The notes under the pieces: model-generated
Told to the model about the DNA's origin: nothing
Databases searched by the model: none
Seen by the model: the letters and a program-made list of their open reading frames with translations, nothing else
Virus record (IMG/VR): IMGVR_UViG_2671180823_000007
Origin: an uncultured virus (IMG/VR IMGVR_UViG_2671180823_000007)
Taxonomy: Duplodnaviria; Heunggongvirae; Uroviricota; Caudoviricetes
DNA length: 23,243 bases
Reading direction: 5' to 3' (one strand)
Shown: positions 1 through 8,583 of the stretch, in pieces
Position numbering within the stretch: the stretch's first letter is position 1
How the letters are laid out: each line of letters starts with the position of its first letter
Program-made: the position numbers and the translations under genes

Positions 1-37
1 AAACGAGAAAAGGCCCCCGGAAGACTCACGGAGGCCT
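1..37 (-). terminator. Rho-independent terminator for the minus-strand gene run
   Basis: Minus strand reads AGGCCUCCG-UGAGUCUUC-CGGGGGCCU (one U-G pair), running into UUUCUCGUUU. Confidence 0.7.
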
Positions 38-144
38 GAACTCTGGGCATAGCTCTGCCCACCACACCTGTATAACACGTTACGTCCAACAACCCACGGA
101 GGCGGAGGGCAACTTTTCGGAAATCCCGAAGAGTTCCCGCCTGG

Positions 145-756
145 CTATCGGCTGCCTTGCTCCTGCGAAGCGGGAGCAGGTCCCGGCTCAGCCTCGGGTT
201 GGGGCGTCGCCTCGGGCTCAGGTATTGCGTCCGGCAGCTCGGCGGACGCCGCGTGAAGGCGTTTCAACTGGCCGCGCAGCCCCATGACTGCTTCGGTATT
301 GCCCTGTAGGAAGAAATCGGACAACCCAGGTACTCGATAGTCCTTCTTAAATGAGAAGTAAGCGAGCGCCCAGCCGCTGCCCACCATGACTATCACCATG
401 GCTATCCCGATAATCACCCCGACCGTGTCGCGTTGGCGGGCCATCATGCCGACAAACCAGAAGGCGCCCACGCCAGCTGCGATGAAGAAGCAGCCTATGA
501 ACCCGTTCAGCAGGTCGGAACGCGGACGGCTATCAGCCATCGCCCGCCCTTTGAGCCGAACCGCCACCGACTGGCGCAGCCACAAGGCGTGCGCGGCGAG
601 CCCGACAGCGGACAACTTGTCCGCCAGCTCAAGGTCTTTGGATAGAGCCTCCCAGGTGCGATGCCGCGAACCCCTCCAGGCCGCCAATGCCCATCCAGAC
701 AGGAGGGTCACGACCGGCAGCACGACCGCCGTCACTACGGTTGCCTTGTCGTCCAT
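145..756 (-). CDS. Membrane protein (about 3 TM helices, Pro/Glu-rich tail)
   Basis: 203-aa ORF with hydrophobic segments at the N-terminus and near residues 82-105 and 111-134. Confidence 0.7.
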   Translation of the reverse strand: MDDKATVVTAVVLPVVTLLSGWALAAWRGSRHRTWEALSKDLELADKLSAVGLAAHALWLRQSVAVRLKGRAMADSRPRSDLLNGFIGCFFIAAGVGAFWFVGMMARQRDTVGVIIGIAMVIVMVGSGWALAYFSFKKDYRVPGLSDFFLQGNTEAVMGLRGQLKRLHAASAELPDAIPEPEATPQPEAEPGPAPASQEQGSR

Positions 757-763
757 GAAGGCC

Positions 764-952
764 CTACTTCGGTTCTACGGGTGCGCCCTGCACGTTGAAC
801 GCGCACCCGGCGTATCGATCCAACGCCGATAGGTCGCGGCATCGCTGCTTGGCGTCGTCTTCGTCCAGCCAGATCGACTCCACCTCGTAGTGATGGATGA
901 TGTCCGAGTCTTTCTCCCAGAACACGGCGATTGCTGCGTACATGGTCGTCAC
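764..952 (-). CDS. Small hypothetical phage protein
   Basis: 62-aa ORF; GTG start overlaps the stop of the upstream gene (GTGA). Confidence 0.6.
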   Translation of the reverse strand: MTTMYAAIAVFWEKDSDIIHHYEVESIWLDEDDAKQRCRDLSALDRYAGCAFNVQGAPVEPK

Positions 953-1371
953 GCTGGCTCCCCTCGATCCTTCGGTGCCAGAACCTTAGCCCGGCAGGTG
1001 TGCACCGCCAGCAGCGCCGCCGCGACCGCTGGAACGTCGGCCCCTCGGAGTGGTCGCGGGATGCCGGCCAACGCGATGCGCCCCGCCTTGTCGAGGCAGA
1101 CCTCACCATCCGCCCAGGGCTGCTCACTCAACGGGACCCGCACCGCCCAGCCGCCGTACCCGTCCGGTCCGACATTCGGTATCTCCACCAGGAGGATTCC
1201 CTCGGCCGCGAGGAGATCTGGGAGCACGGACGCTATTCGCCCGGCCACCTCCTCCGGCGTCCGCACTTCAACGAAAGCCTCAGGGTCCCGGATGAAGCTC
1301 GGGTCATGGGTACGGCTCAACAGGTGCGGGATACCCGCGATCACCCGCGCCAACACCGTGCCGACTGCCAT
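949..1371 (-). CDS. Hypothetical phage protein
   Basis: 3' part of ORF 949..1635; start placed at ATG 1371 (MAVGTVLARV), start uncertain. Confidence 0.55.
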   Translation of the reverse strand: MAVGTVLARVIAGIPHLLSRTHDPSFIRDPEAFVEVRTPEEVAGRIASVLPDLLAAEGILLVEIPNVGPDGYGGWAVRVPLSEQPWADGEVCLDKAGRIALAGIPRPLRGADVPAVAAALLAVHTCRAKVLAPKDRGEPA

Positions 1372-1422
1372 AGACCACGTTCTACCCGCCGCCACCGACA
1401 CAACCCACCTATCGTGAGCGGC

Positions 1423-1956
1423 ATGAAACTCTCTGAGAGTGTGGTGGACGCCCTGGACGCCTACGAGGAATTTCTCATCGTCAAGGACGTGCGCACGAAG
1501 ATTGACGACATGCTGTTCTGGGCGAGGAAGCGGCGCGCGCAGTACAGCCCTATCTACGCCCTCTCCGAGTATTACGTGTCGTACCAGAACGCGTGGTACA
1601 TCGAGGTGACCCGCGACCGCCAGAGTGAAGCGCACGCGGCTGTGAAGGCCGCTGCCGAGAAATACAAGAAAGCACTTCAGATTGCGTGGATGCCAGGCGC
1701 GGAAACGGTCTTAGGTGGCCTCGGATTGCCGAACGCTGCCGACATAGAAGAGCAGGTCGCCCACCGTCCGGCTCTGTGGAAGTGGCAGTACCGAATCGGC
1801 TACCGGTGGAGCCCCATCCTGCCGCACCAGCACCTACCCGGCCAATCATCCCTACTGTCATCCGAATCCAAGCTCTACCCGCTGAATGTCCCTGATCCGT
1901 CAGCAGCAGTGCACTTTTGGAGGGAAGTCGCGAGAGAGAGCCGCAGGACCAGCTAG
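1423..1956 (+). CDS. Hypothetical protein, lone plus-strand gene
   Basis: From ATG 1423 (MKLSESVVDALDAYEEF...) the 931..1956 ORF has protein-like composition and fills a gap between minus-strand genes. Confidence 0.65.
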   Translation: MKLSESVVDALDAYEEFLIVKDVRTKIDDMLFWARKRRAQYSPIYALSEYYVSYQNAWYIEVTRDRQSEAHAAVKAAAEKYKKALQIAWMPGAETVLGGLGLPNAADIEEQVAHRPALWKWQYRIGYRWSPILPHQHLPGQSSLLSSESKLYPLNVPDPSAAVHFWREVARESRRTS

Positions 1957-2378
1957 TCCCATGGGTTGTCGTATCGCCAGTCGCCCATGATGTCGCCGGG
2001 GTGTTCCCTGAACCCCCGCCGGGTGATCTGTTGCCATTCCATCGAGATAGGCATGAGCGGGGGCCGGTCGATCAGTAAGTCCAGGTAGCGCGGTACCTGC
2101 TCGAAGACGGGGGCCGCCTCGGTGCCCGAGCGGTGCTCATCCCAGCCCAGCATGTAGTCAGAGGGCCACACATCCACACGGGATGACGCGAGCACCACCG
2201 TCAGGTAAGTGCCGTGCTCATCGACGGACAGCACTCCCCGTGCCCGCGCCGTCCTCTGGTCACGGATGTTCGGGCCCAACCGCCACCAGCAGTCCAACGC
2301 TCCCGGCACACGCCGGGCCGATGCCTCACGCGGCGCGGCCTCGATCCGCGCCGGCAGGCGGTCAGGCATCGCCGTCAC
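1953..2378 (-). CDS. Hypothetical phage protein
   Basis: 141-aa ORF coupled to the upstream small gene by GTGA. Confidence 0.6.
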   Translation of the reverse strand: MTAMPDRLPARIEAAPREASARRVPGALDCWWRLGPNIRDQRTARARGVLSVDEHGTYLTVVLASSRVDVWPSDYMLGWDEHRSGTEAAPVFEQVPRYLDLLIDRPPLMPISMEWQQITRRGFREHPGDIMGDWRYDNPWD

Positions 2379-2497
2379 GCCCGCTCGCGCTCTCGCCGTG
2401 CCGCCAGCATCGGGCAGTCATTGCCTCCGCAGCCCAGTTCGCAAGGTCTTCCTCGGTAGCCGCACTTTGGGCATTGTTCCGGAACGTCAATACTCAT
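2375..2497 (-). CDS. Small Cys-rich peptide (40 aa)
   Basis: Read manually: MSIDVPEQCPKCGYRGRPCELGCGGNDCPMLAARRERERA; ATGA and GTGA overlaps at both ends. Confidence 0.6.
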   Translation of the reverse strand: MSIDVPEQCPKCGYRGRPCELGCGGNDCPMLAARRERERA

Positions 2498-2799
2498 CCG
2501 CGCTGGTCTTCCCACTCGCGCAGGCGATTCCACGCCGTCATCACGAGATGGTTATCCGCGTCTGTAGGTACGCCGTCGAAGATGTGCAGCGCGGTGTAGC
2601 CGGGCGTGAAATAGGTGAGGCCGTGCTGGCTGGAGACCCCGCCGCCGTACGCGTCGCCCTCGATCTCCCACTCAACGACGGGGCCACCGTCCGGCGCCAC
2701 AATGACGATGCGCTCGGTGACTGTCGTGTCCGCGATGCGGTGAGCCAGCTGTACCAGACGCCAAGCAACCCAGCGGCGGATACCCAACTCCCGGATCAT
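2494..2799 (-). CDS. Hypothetical phage protein
   Basis: MIRELGIRRW... start ATG 2799 overlaps the upstream stop (ATGA). Confidence 0.65.
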   Translation of the reverse strand: MIRELGIRRWVAWRLVQLAHRIADTTVTERIVIVAPDGGPVVEWEIEGDAYGGGVSSQHGLTYFTPGYTALHIFDGVPTDADNHLVMTAWNRLREWEDQRG

Positions 2800-3125
2800 T
2801 CGCCCGGCACCTCGGTCCAGCTCGACGCCCAATGCGACATGACCTTCCACGACATAGGGTGCTGTCGCGCGCAATAACGGGCAGTCCCCTCACTGCCGAT
2901 GGTCACCTCGTCATCGCCGATCATCTGCGCACCCCATACACGCGTGATTCCCCCGAAGGCTTTGTCTATCTCAGCGGACTGGTGTGCGGTCGCTTCTCCT
3001 ACGTTCCCGAATGACTCTTTGCATCCCGTGCAGATGAATTGATCAAGGTACGCAATCCGGTGCTCGCTCAAGACTTCCGACATGAGCTGCTGTGCTTCGC
3101 TTTTCGCAGGACGGCGGTCAGACAC
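2796..3125 (-). CDS. Hypothetical protein with CxxC...H zinc-finger-like motif
   Basis: 109 aa; CTGCKESFGNVGEATAH. Confidence 0.6.
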   Translation of the reverse strand: MSDRRPAKSEAQQLMSEVLSEHRIAYLDQFICTGCKESFGNVGEATAHQSAEIDKAFGGITRVWGAQMIGDDEVTIGSEGTARYCARQHPMSWKVMSHWASSWTEVPGE

Positions 3126-3549
3126 CTTGGACCTTCACCCCGATATAGATGGCGCCCGGCGTGAGATCGTCATCCACCAGGGCCATCTCACCAAACAGGG
3201 TTGCCTTGTCCCCCGACTTGGGGTTGTAGGGCGGGACGGACTCACCGTTGAAGAGGACGTGAAGTGTTTTCGCGTCCTCCGGGCACACGTAGATGAAGCC
3301 GTGGACCGGCTGGTTCGTCGCAACCCGTATGTCCCTCAACGTGTCGATGATGCGTGTGACCATGCGTCTCACCGGGTCGCGGCGAGGAATATCAACTACC
3401 TCCGTCTTTGCGGCGGCAACAGCGGTAGACATCGACCTCATCGCCGCGACGATTTGCGCCAGAGCGAGTTTCAGGTTTCCCGCGTTCAGAGCATCCTCAG
3501 CGCCGTTGACCCAAGAGTCGAAATATTCCAGGGGCTCTGTGTCACTCAT
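3118..3549 (-). CDS. Hypothetical phage protein
   Basis: 143-aa ORF, ATGA-coupled. Confidence 0.65.
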   Translation of the reverse strand: MSDTEPLEYFDSWVNGAEDALNAGNLKLALAQIVAAMRSMSTAVAAAKTEVVDIPRRDPVRRMVTRIIDTLRDIRVATNQPVHGFIYVCPEDAKTLHVLFNGESVPPYNPKSGDKATLFGEMALVDDDLTPGAIYIGVKVQGV

Positions 3550-3935
3550 GATTCGACCACAACGATCATCGGCTTGTCAGGCATCATGTCGGCCAACTCG
3601 GATAACGGGTCGATGTGGGTGTGGTCGTCGTCGGGCAGAGGCGTCACGGCCAGCTCCGCGTCATAGGTGTCCTCCAGACCGGCGAGGTACGCCATATACG
3701 CGTTGGCGTCCGGGAGATCGGGTACGGCGATGTCGGCGAGCTGCGGATGCTGTTCCAGCAGCGCTGGTTTGCATTCGCCTGCGGCACGAGGCAACTGATG
3801 GGTGAACAGGTTGTCGCCGGTCATGAAGTTGAGGAGTTCGTAGATGTCGCCGATATCGCGCGCGAGCATCCGGTCGGTGGTGACGGTCAAGATGGCTCCG
3901 AGGCCGAACATGCGTGAGGTGGGTGTGGTCATCAT
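3546..3935 (-). CDS. Hypothetical phage protein
   Basis: 129-aa ORF with GGAG RBS; motif FMTGDNLFTHQLPRAAGECKPALLEQHPQL. Confidence 0.7.
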   Translation of the reverse strand: MMTTPTSRMFGLGAILTVTTDRMLARDIGDIYELLNFMTGDNLFTHQLPRAAGECKPALLEQHPQLADIAVPDLPDANAYMAYLAGLEDTYDAELAVTPLPDDDHTHIDPLSELADMMPDKPMIVVVES

Positions 3936-3958
3936 TTACTCCAATGTCGATTGGGCAA

Positions 3959-4309
3959 CTAGCGATTTCGCGTGCGCGGCGGCGCTTCGCGTGTGCCAAA
4001 CATTCGGCCAACCTGTCGGGAAGTGTTGTCGAAACATCCGGGGCGAGTTTCATACTGGTAGTCGCACTCGACGTCCGTATCGTAGAGATCATCACGCCCA
4101 GCGTGGTAGCGGTACAGCCCGGATACGACACCAAGTTTCTCGCCGGTTTGCGCATCGTAGATGTCATCTCCGACTTGAAGTTTCGATGTTTCACGCATCT
4201 TCCCGTCCAGCCATTCGCGGCGCGCGTCTATCGCTGCCTGCACTGCCGCGTTCAAGGCATCCAGTTCCGAATGCTCGTCGGCATTCAACGGTCTCTGGGT
4301 CCTCATCAC
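3959..4309 (-). CDS. Hypothetical phage protein
   Basis: GAGGAG RBS before GTG 4309/ATG 4306; overlaps the upstream stop. Confidence 0.6.
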   Translation of the reverse strand: MMRTQRPLNADEHSELDALNAAVQAAIDARREWLDGKMRETSKLQVGDDIYDAQTGEKLGVVSGLYRYHAGRDDLYDTDVECDYQYETRPGCFDNTSRQVGRMFGTREAPPRTRNR

Positions 4310-4779
4310 GCCAGCTCCTCGCTTGTGAAGATCAGAGGTGCGAGCTCGCTCCACGCTTGACCAAGGTCACGACGCAGGAGCTCGATAGACCAATTGGCCG
4401 ACCAGTCCCGTATCGGTTTCAAAGCCTCACGGGCAGTGGCGTTCATTGCGTCGGTCATCGTCCGGTAGTACGCGGGACCGCCGTCTTCTTCCACCCATGC
4501 CCGTTGCGTGGCTTTGATAGCAGGGTCAGACATGGGGTTCTCCAGCGTTCCAGCCCTTGAGGCCTCCAGCGCGGCATTAAGCCGTTTGACAGCAGACCTT
4601 TTCGCGGCCTCGGTTGGTAGTGACTCGTACCGCTTTAGCCATCTAGCGCCTGCCTCCTCCGCCCCTATGGCATCGGCCAGCTCAGCATCGGTGCGTTGCT
4701 CGGGGTCTGGGAAACATTCAAGTTCACGAGCCCGAGCTACGAGCTTGTCTCGGAATGCACTCGATTCCGTCATCGCCAT
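4306..4779 (-). CDS. Hypothetical alpha-helical protein
   Basis: 157-aa ORF overlapping the end of the nucleotidyltransferase gene. Confidence 0.6.
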   Translation of the reverse strand: MAMTESSAFRDKLVARARELECFPDPEQRTDAELADAIGAEEAGARWLKRYESLPTEAAKRSAVKRLNAALEASRAGTLENPMSDPAIKATQRAWVEEDGGPAYYRTMTDAMNATAREALKPIRDWSANWSIELLRRDLGQAWSELAPLIFTSEELA

Positions 4780-5627
4780 CTACTTCGACTGACGGCGATG
4801 TTGTGTGCGTTTCGGATCGCGCCGGAGAGTCGGGCTTCGGACCTGGTACCGCGAGTACGCCAGTGCCGCTGGTACATATCAACCAACCACGTGTTGATCC
4901 GAACCCAGTCCGGGGTATCCGGCAGAGGCTCGGTCGAGATGAAGTGCTCCAGACTCCAGGTCAGATCCGCGAGCCAGCTCTTCACCTCGGGGAGCGAGGT
5001 CTCGCCGCGCCGAACGCGGAGCAGCGCATCACGATGGGCCTTGACCATCGGCAGGTGCAGCTTCCTCTCCGTGACGAGCTGGATACCCTGCATGCCGAGG
5101 CGCAGGGCGTGATACGCGTACTTGGTGTCGAAACCGTACTGTTCGATGAGTTCGGGCCGGTTGGTGTGCCGGTGATGGGTACCTTCGAGTCCTTCACGCT
5201 GAGAGTTCAAGTAGCTCAAGAACTTCTGTCCAGCCTGCGTGGTGACGAACATCTCCGAGGCTGCCTGAAGTTCGGCGCCGAGTTGGCTTTTCACCGTCAG
5301 CTCATTGTCGGGTATCCAAAGCATCAGCAGCACTGAGGGATTGCCATTGGCGGCCAGCCGTGTCCACTTCCGCAGGCTGTAGACACACAGATCGAGGTCG
5401 CCGGGGCCGGAGCGGGCGCCGTCCGGTTGGGTGCGGTACATGTACTGCTCGAACTTCTCCAAACCGATTACGGCCTCGGGAGGTTCGATGCAGATGCCCA
5501 TTTCGTCGCGGTCGTCGGCGCCGGTCGTGACACCATGCAGGCCGGAGCCGACCTGCCCACGAAGAATCGTGTTCTCGTCCGCGATAGCGCGGTGCCGCTC
5601 CGTGCCGTGGCGTGCTTCTGTACTCAC
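4770..5627 (-). CDS. DNA polymerase beta-superfamily nucleotidyltransferase (Nuc-transf/RlaP-like)
   Basis: hGS-x-LHG-x5-DxD motif (VGSGLHGVTTGADDRDEMG), DLDLCVYSLRKW, NGNPS and YGFDTKYAYHALRL match this family. Confidence 0.85.
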   Translation of the reverse strand: MSTEARHGTERHRAIADENTILRGQVGSGLHGVTTGADDRDEMGICIEPPEAVIGLEKFEQYMYRTQPDGARSGPGDLDLCVYSLRKWTRLAANGNPSVLLMLWIPDNELTVKSQLGAELQAASEMFVTTQAGQKFLSYLNSQREGLEGTHHRHTNRPELIEQYGFDTKYAYHALRLGMQGIQLVTERKLHLPMVKAHRDALLRVRRGETSLPEVKSWLADLTWSLEHFISTEPLPDTPDWVRINTWLVDMYQRHWRTRGTRSEARLSGAIRNAHNIAVSRSRWR

Positions 5628-5794
5628 AGTCCACGCTCCAAGTGCTTCTTGAATTGCTTCTTGTCCATGACAATTCCCGTTGTCCAGTCCGGTGTAGCAA
5701 TGGTTTTCGCTAGCGCGCAGTCCGTTTCAGTCGTGAACGGGCCAACGTGCTTCCCGTTGAGCCGGTTCACGATATGGAAAGGGCCGCTACTCAT
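5624..5794 (-). CDS. Small hypothetical protein (56 aa)
   Basis: Read manually: MSSGPFHIVNRLNGKHVGPFTTETDCALAKTIATPDWTTGIVMDKKQFKKHLERGL; 4-nt overlaps with both neighbours. Confidence 0.6.
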   Translation of the reverse strand: MSSGPFHIVNRLNGKHVGPFTTETDCALAKTIATPDWTTGIVMDKKQFKKHLERGL

Positions 5795-6012
5795 CGGGAG
5801 GTGGCCGTTCTACCGTCGATGATTTTCTGGATGAGTTGGGGGCTGCACTTCACGGCGGTGGCGAGAGTGGCGTGGGTCCACTTCTCGCGCTCGTTCGTCC
5901 AGAGTTCCCGTACGAGCCGGTCGCGCTGGCTTCGGTGCTGGCTGGCGGAGTCGCGCTCTTCCCCGGCCAGCCGGTGGTGCTCGCGGGCTTGCTGTGCCCT
6001 CGGGTCCATCAA
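5791..6012 (-). CDS. Small helix-turn-helix DNA-binding protein
   Basis: C-terminal WTHATLATAVKCSPQLIQKII HTH pattern after a long helix. Confidence 0.7.
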   Translation of the reverse strand: MMDPRAQQAREHHRLAGEERDSASQHRSQRDRLVRELWTNEREKWTHATLATAVKCSPQLIQKIIDGRTATSR

Positions 6013-6443
6013 CGTCCCCTGATGTCCACGCGGCGGCGGGATATCTTCTCGATCGCGGTGATGGCTTCCTCTCCGGGGTCTTCGATCTCGAAGATGCCGT
6101 GCTCTGCTGCGTCACGGCCTGACTCGAACAGCGGGACAGGGCTCACATATTCGAATGCGGCCTGTACGTCTTCGGGAGACAGCGCGCCCGTGGCCGCGCC
6201 GATGCGTATCGCAAGTAGTTCCTCGCCGCCGTGGCAGCCGACCCAGCCCGCACAAAGCCGGGCCGCTGCGTCGGCGGCGTCCGTCTGGTGGCACAGGAAC
6301 AGGCCGGGCGGCTGCTCCGAGGTGGGGCCGTCGTAGGCGATGAGTTTCTGATACTCGGTGGCATGCCACACGCCGCTGGGTACGTCCTCCCGGTAGGGGC
6401 ACGACGCGCAGGGGCGCGGCGCGGGGCCGCCGACCCTGCCCAT
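6009..6443 (-). CDS. DUF6283-family Cys/His metal-binding protein
   Basis: PCASCPYR-DVPSGVW...EY-KL..YD...FLCHQ...LCAGW motifs; starts 2 nt after the Ro60 stop. Confidence 0.75.
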   Translation of the reverse strand: MGRVGGPAPRPCASCPYREDVPSGVWHATEYQKLIAYDGPTSEQPPGLFLCHQTDAADAAARLCAGWVGCHGGEELLAIRIGAATGALSPEDVQAAFEYVSPVPLFESGRDAAEHGIFEIEDPGEEAITAIEKISRRRVDIRGR

Positions 6444-6445
6444 CG

Positions 6446-8146
6446 TTACAGGTCACCTCGGGCGAAGTCCGAGATGAGCTGCGGTACAGCGCTATCGAAC
6501 CCGGACACGTCGAGCTGGCGCGGGTCCGAAGGATCTGCGATGGTCTGCCGACCGCCGGTCATCGCGACCACCATCAGGCTGGTGTCCAGGCTGAGCTTGT
6601 TCCGGTACTCGGTGAGAGCCTGGTGCGGGTGGATACCCCCGTACCAGGTCTCGTTGTCGGTGAGGATCACGATGGCGTCGTAGGGGCGAAGCTGCGCCTT
6701 CGCCCAGATCATGGGGAGCGCGCAGTCGGTAGCGCCCATAGGGAGGCCTGCGGTGTATCGGCACACGTCATCGAGGCGGCGGCGCGGCGTGATGTCCAAC
6801 TCCGTGATCCCTGATGAGCGGAAGCTCCCACCGGCCCCGGCGGTGAACCCGATGATGTCGTGGTTGGGCTCCACGTTGGCGGTCACCAGTGCGAGCGCGG
6901 CGGCGGCCTCGCGGCACGTCAGCGGCATACCGGAGATCGCGGCGCTCATGGAGCCGGAGATGTCCAGTGCCAGCAGGGTCCGCTTACCCGAGGGCTCGAC
7001 GGCGCCGTAGGCGTTGTAGAACGCGGCGTCGAGCGCGTCAACGATGCGGCGGTTCGGAGTCCAGGTGGACTCACCGCGCGCAGAACGCCCAGAGGCATAG
7101 GTGCGCTGTGCGACAAGGACATTGATCGGGTGGACGCGGCCCTTTCGTAGCCGGTCTGTGTCCTGGAGCTGCGCGGAGACCCGGCTGCCGAGCTGACCGT
7201 TCAGCACGCCGAGGCGGGTTAGGCGGGGCAGCTGCCGCATGAGGGCGGTCTGCGGGAGGCCGTGCTCGATCAGCGCCTCCCAGATCGCAGGCTCGGTGAG
7301 GGCCTTGTCGGGGAACGCCTCCCACGGTAGGCCGTTGCCCCGGCGGATGATCGCCAGCCACTCGTTGACGGTGGTGGCACGCTGCGCGGCTTCGTAGTCC
7401 GCGATGATGGCAAGCGGGTGCCCGTCAGCCAGTTCCACATTGGGCAGCTTCGGTAGAGCGGGGTTGCGCTCTCCGGCCTTGAGCTGCTCCGGAGTGAGGA
7501 GCGGCTGCTTCCAGTTGTAGTCGTTGAGCCCCTTGCCGACAGCCCAGTTGAACGCCATGCGGCGTGCGGGGTCGCTGGTGGCGGGGCCGCTGAGCCGGAG
7601 CATGTCGCGGTGGGTCCAGCCGTCACGCTGCCGGTACTTGACCAGCTGGTAGGCGAGCCGGTCCACGGGCTTGTCCAGGTACCAGCTGGAGACGGCGCGC
7701 TTCATCGCCGGTCCCCAGCCCCGGAACTGCTCCATGTACTTGGTGAACAGGTACAGGTGGGTGGCGGTGCGCGCGACTCGGGGCAGTGCGGCGGCGGCGG
7801 CACGGCGGCCTTCCACGTTCTCGGAGGCCGAAGCGATAGCGAGCGCGAACAGGGCCGGGTTCTGCTTGGGGGCGCGTCCGGCCTCGGAGACCTCAACGAT
7901 CTTCTGCACGAGGGTGACGGGATCGGTTGCGGCGAGCCGGATCACGACATCGGCGGCGTCGCGGGTGAGGTCCTCGGCGGAGGTGTAGTAGGTGCCGCCG
8001 GTCGTGCCGAGGGTCAGGAATCGGTGGAGCCGGGTCCAGTCGTCGGCCTGGAAGGTGTAGCCCCCGGCGGCGTTCTTGACCTGGCGCGGGTCCGCCTTCT
8101 GGGCCTGAGGGGTGCGCCGCGTGCTGATCGAGGATAGAACGTCCAC
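6446..8146 (-). CDS. rsr: Ro60 / TROVE-vWA RNA-binding protein (Y RNA partner)
   Basis: NAAGGY, RLHRFLTLGT-GGTYY, YQLVKYRQRDGWTHRDMLRL, MIDAS-type LALDISGSM, GATDCALPM, ILTDNETW, LDVSGFDS; AAGGAG RBS before GTG. Confidence 0.96.
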   Translation of the reverse strand: MDVLSSISTRRTPQAQKADPRQVKNAAGGYTFQADDWTRLHRFLTLGTTGGTYYTSAEDLTRDAADVVIRLAATDPVTLVQKIVEVSEAGRAPKQNPALFALAIASASENVEGRRAAAAALPRVARTATHLYLFTKYMEQFRGWGPAMKRAVSSWYLDKPVDRLAYQLVKYRQRDGWTHRDMLRLSGPATSDPARRMAFNWAVGKGLNDYNWKQPLLTPEQLKAGERNPALPKLPNVELADGHPLAIIADYEAAQRATTVNEWLAIIRRGNGLPWEAFPDKALTEPAIWEALIEHGLPQTALMRQLPRLTRLGVLNGQLGSRVSAQLQDTDRLRKGRVHPINVLVAQRTYASGRSARGESTWTPNRRIVDALDAAFYNAYGAVEPSGKRTLLALDISGSMSAAISGMPLTCREAAAALALVTANVEPNHDIIGFTAGAGGSFRSSGITELDITPRRRLDDVCRYTAGLPMGATDCALPMIWAKAQLRPYDAIVILTDNETWYGGIHPHQALTEYRNKLSLDTSLMVVAMTGGRQTIADPSDPRQLDVSGFDSAVPQLISDFARGDL

Positions 8147-8170
8147 CGTGAGCTCCTTGCTGGGTTAGGT

Positions 8171-8247
8171 GGCGCGGGCGTGTGAGTGACCGCCGGGGTT
8201 CATCCAGTTTCGAGGTTGGGGTAACCGACCGTCGTCCTGCTCGCGCC
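8171..8247 (-). ncRNA. Y RNA-like unit 1 (77 nt, scaffold only, no tRNA-like domain)
   Basis: Closing stem GGCGCG/CGCGCC; shared motifs GAGCAGGACG..GGUCGGUUAC and CGGUCA..ACACGCCC; no GUUCRA T-loop. Confidence 0.75.
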
Positions 8248-8264
8248 AAAAGGGGGTTCGGGGT

Positions 8265-8385
8265 GATGTGGGCGTGTATGTGCTGACCGGGATTTCGCTT
8301 TTACACCCGCACCGAGGCGCGAGCGACAGGGGTCGAACCTGCATTACCAATTGAGTGATAACCGACCGAGCGTCCTGCTCACATC
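8265..8385 (-). ncRNA. YrlA-like Y RNA unit 2 (121 nt; T-arm and closed acceptor-like stem, D-arm lost)
   Basis: Closing stem GAUGUG/CACAUC; T-arm GCAGG-UUCGACC-CCUGU; hairpin CGCUCGCGC-CUCG-GUGCGGGUG, then UA with no D-arm. Confidence 0.8.
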
Positions 8386-8414
8386 GAAAAGCTATGGAGT
8401 TATTGATGATTCGC

Positions 8415-8569
8415 GTAGGTGGTGCGGGCGTGTGATTGCTGACCGGTGTTTTAGGTGCTCTACCAAGCTGAGCTATACGGACGCACTACGCGCCCGCAGC
8501 TGGATTTGAACCAGCGACCACCCGCTCCAGATGCGATAACCGATCCTGCGTCCTGCTCACACCATCTAC
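8415..8569 (-). ncRNA. YrlA-like Y RNA unit 3 (155 nt; permuted T-arm, acceptor, D-arm)
   Basis: T-arm GCUGG-UUCAAAU-CCAGC; stem UGCGGGCGC/GCGUCCGUA; D-arm UAGCUCAGCUUGGUAGAGC; closing stem GUAGAUGGUGUG/CGCACCACCUAC. Confidence 0.88.
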
Positions 8570-8583
8570 TACGAAGCCTTGGG

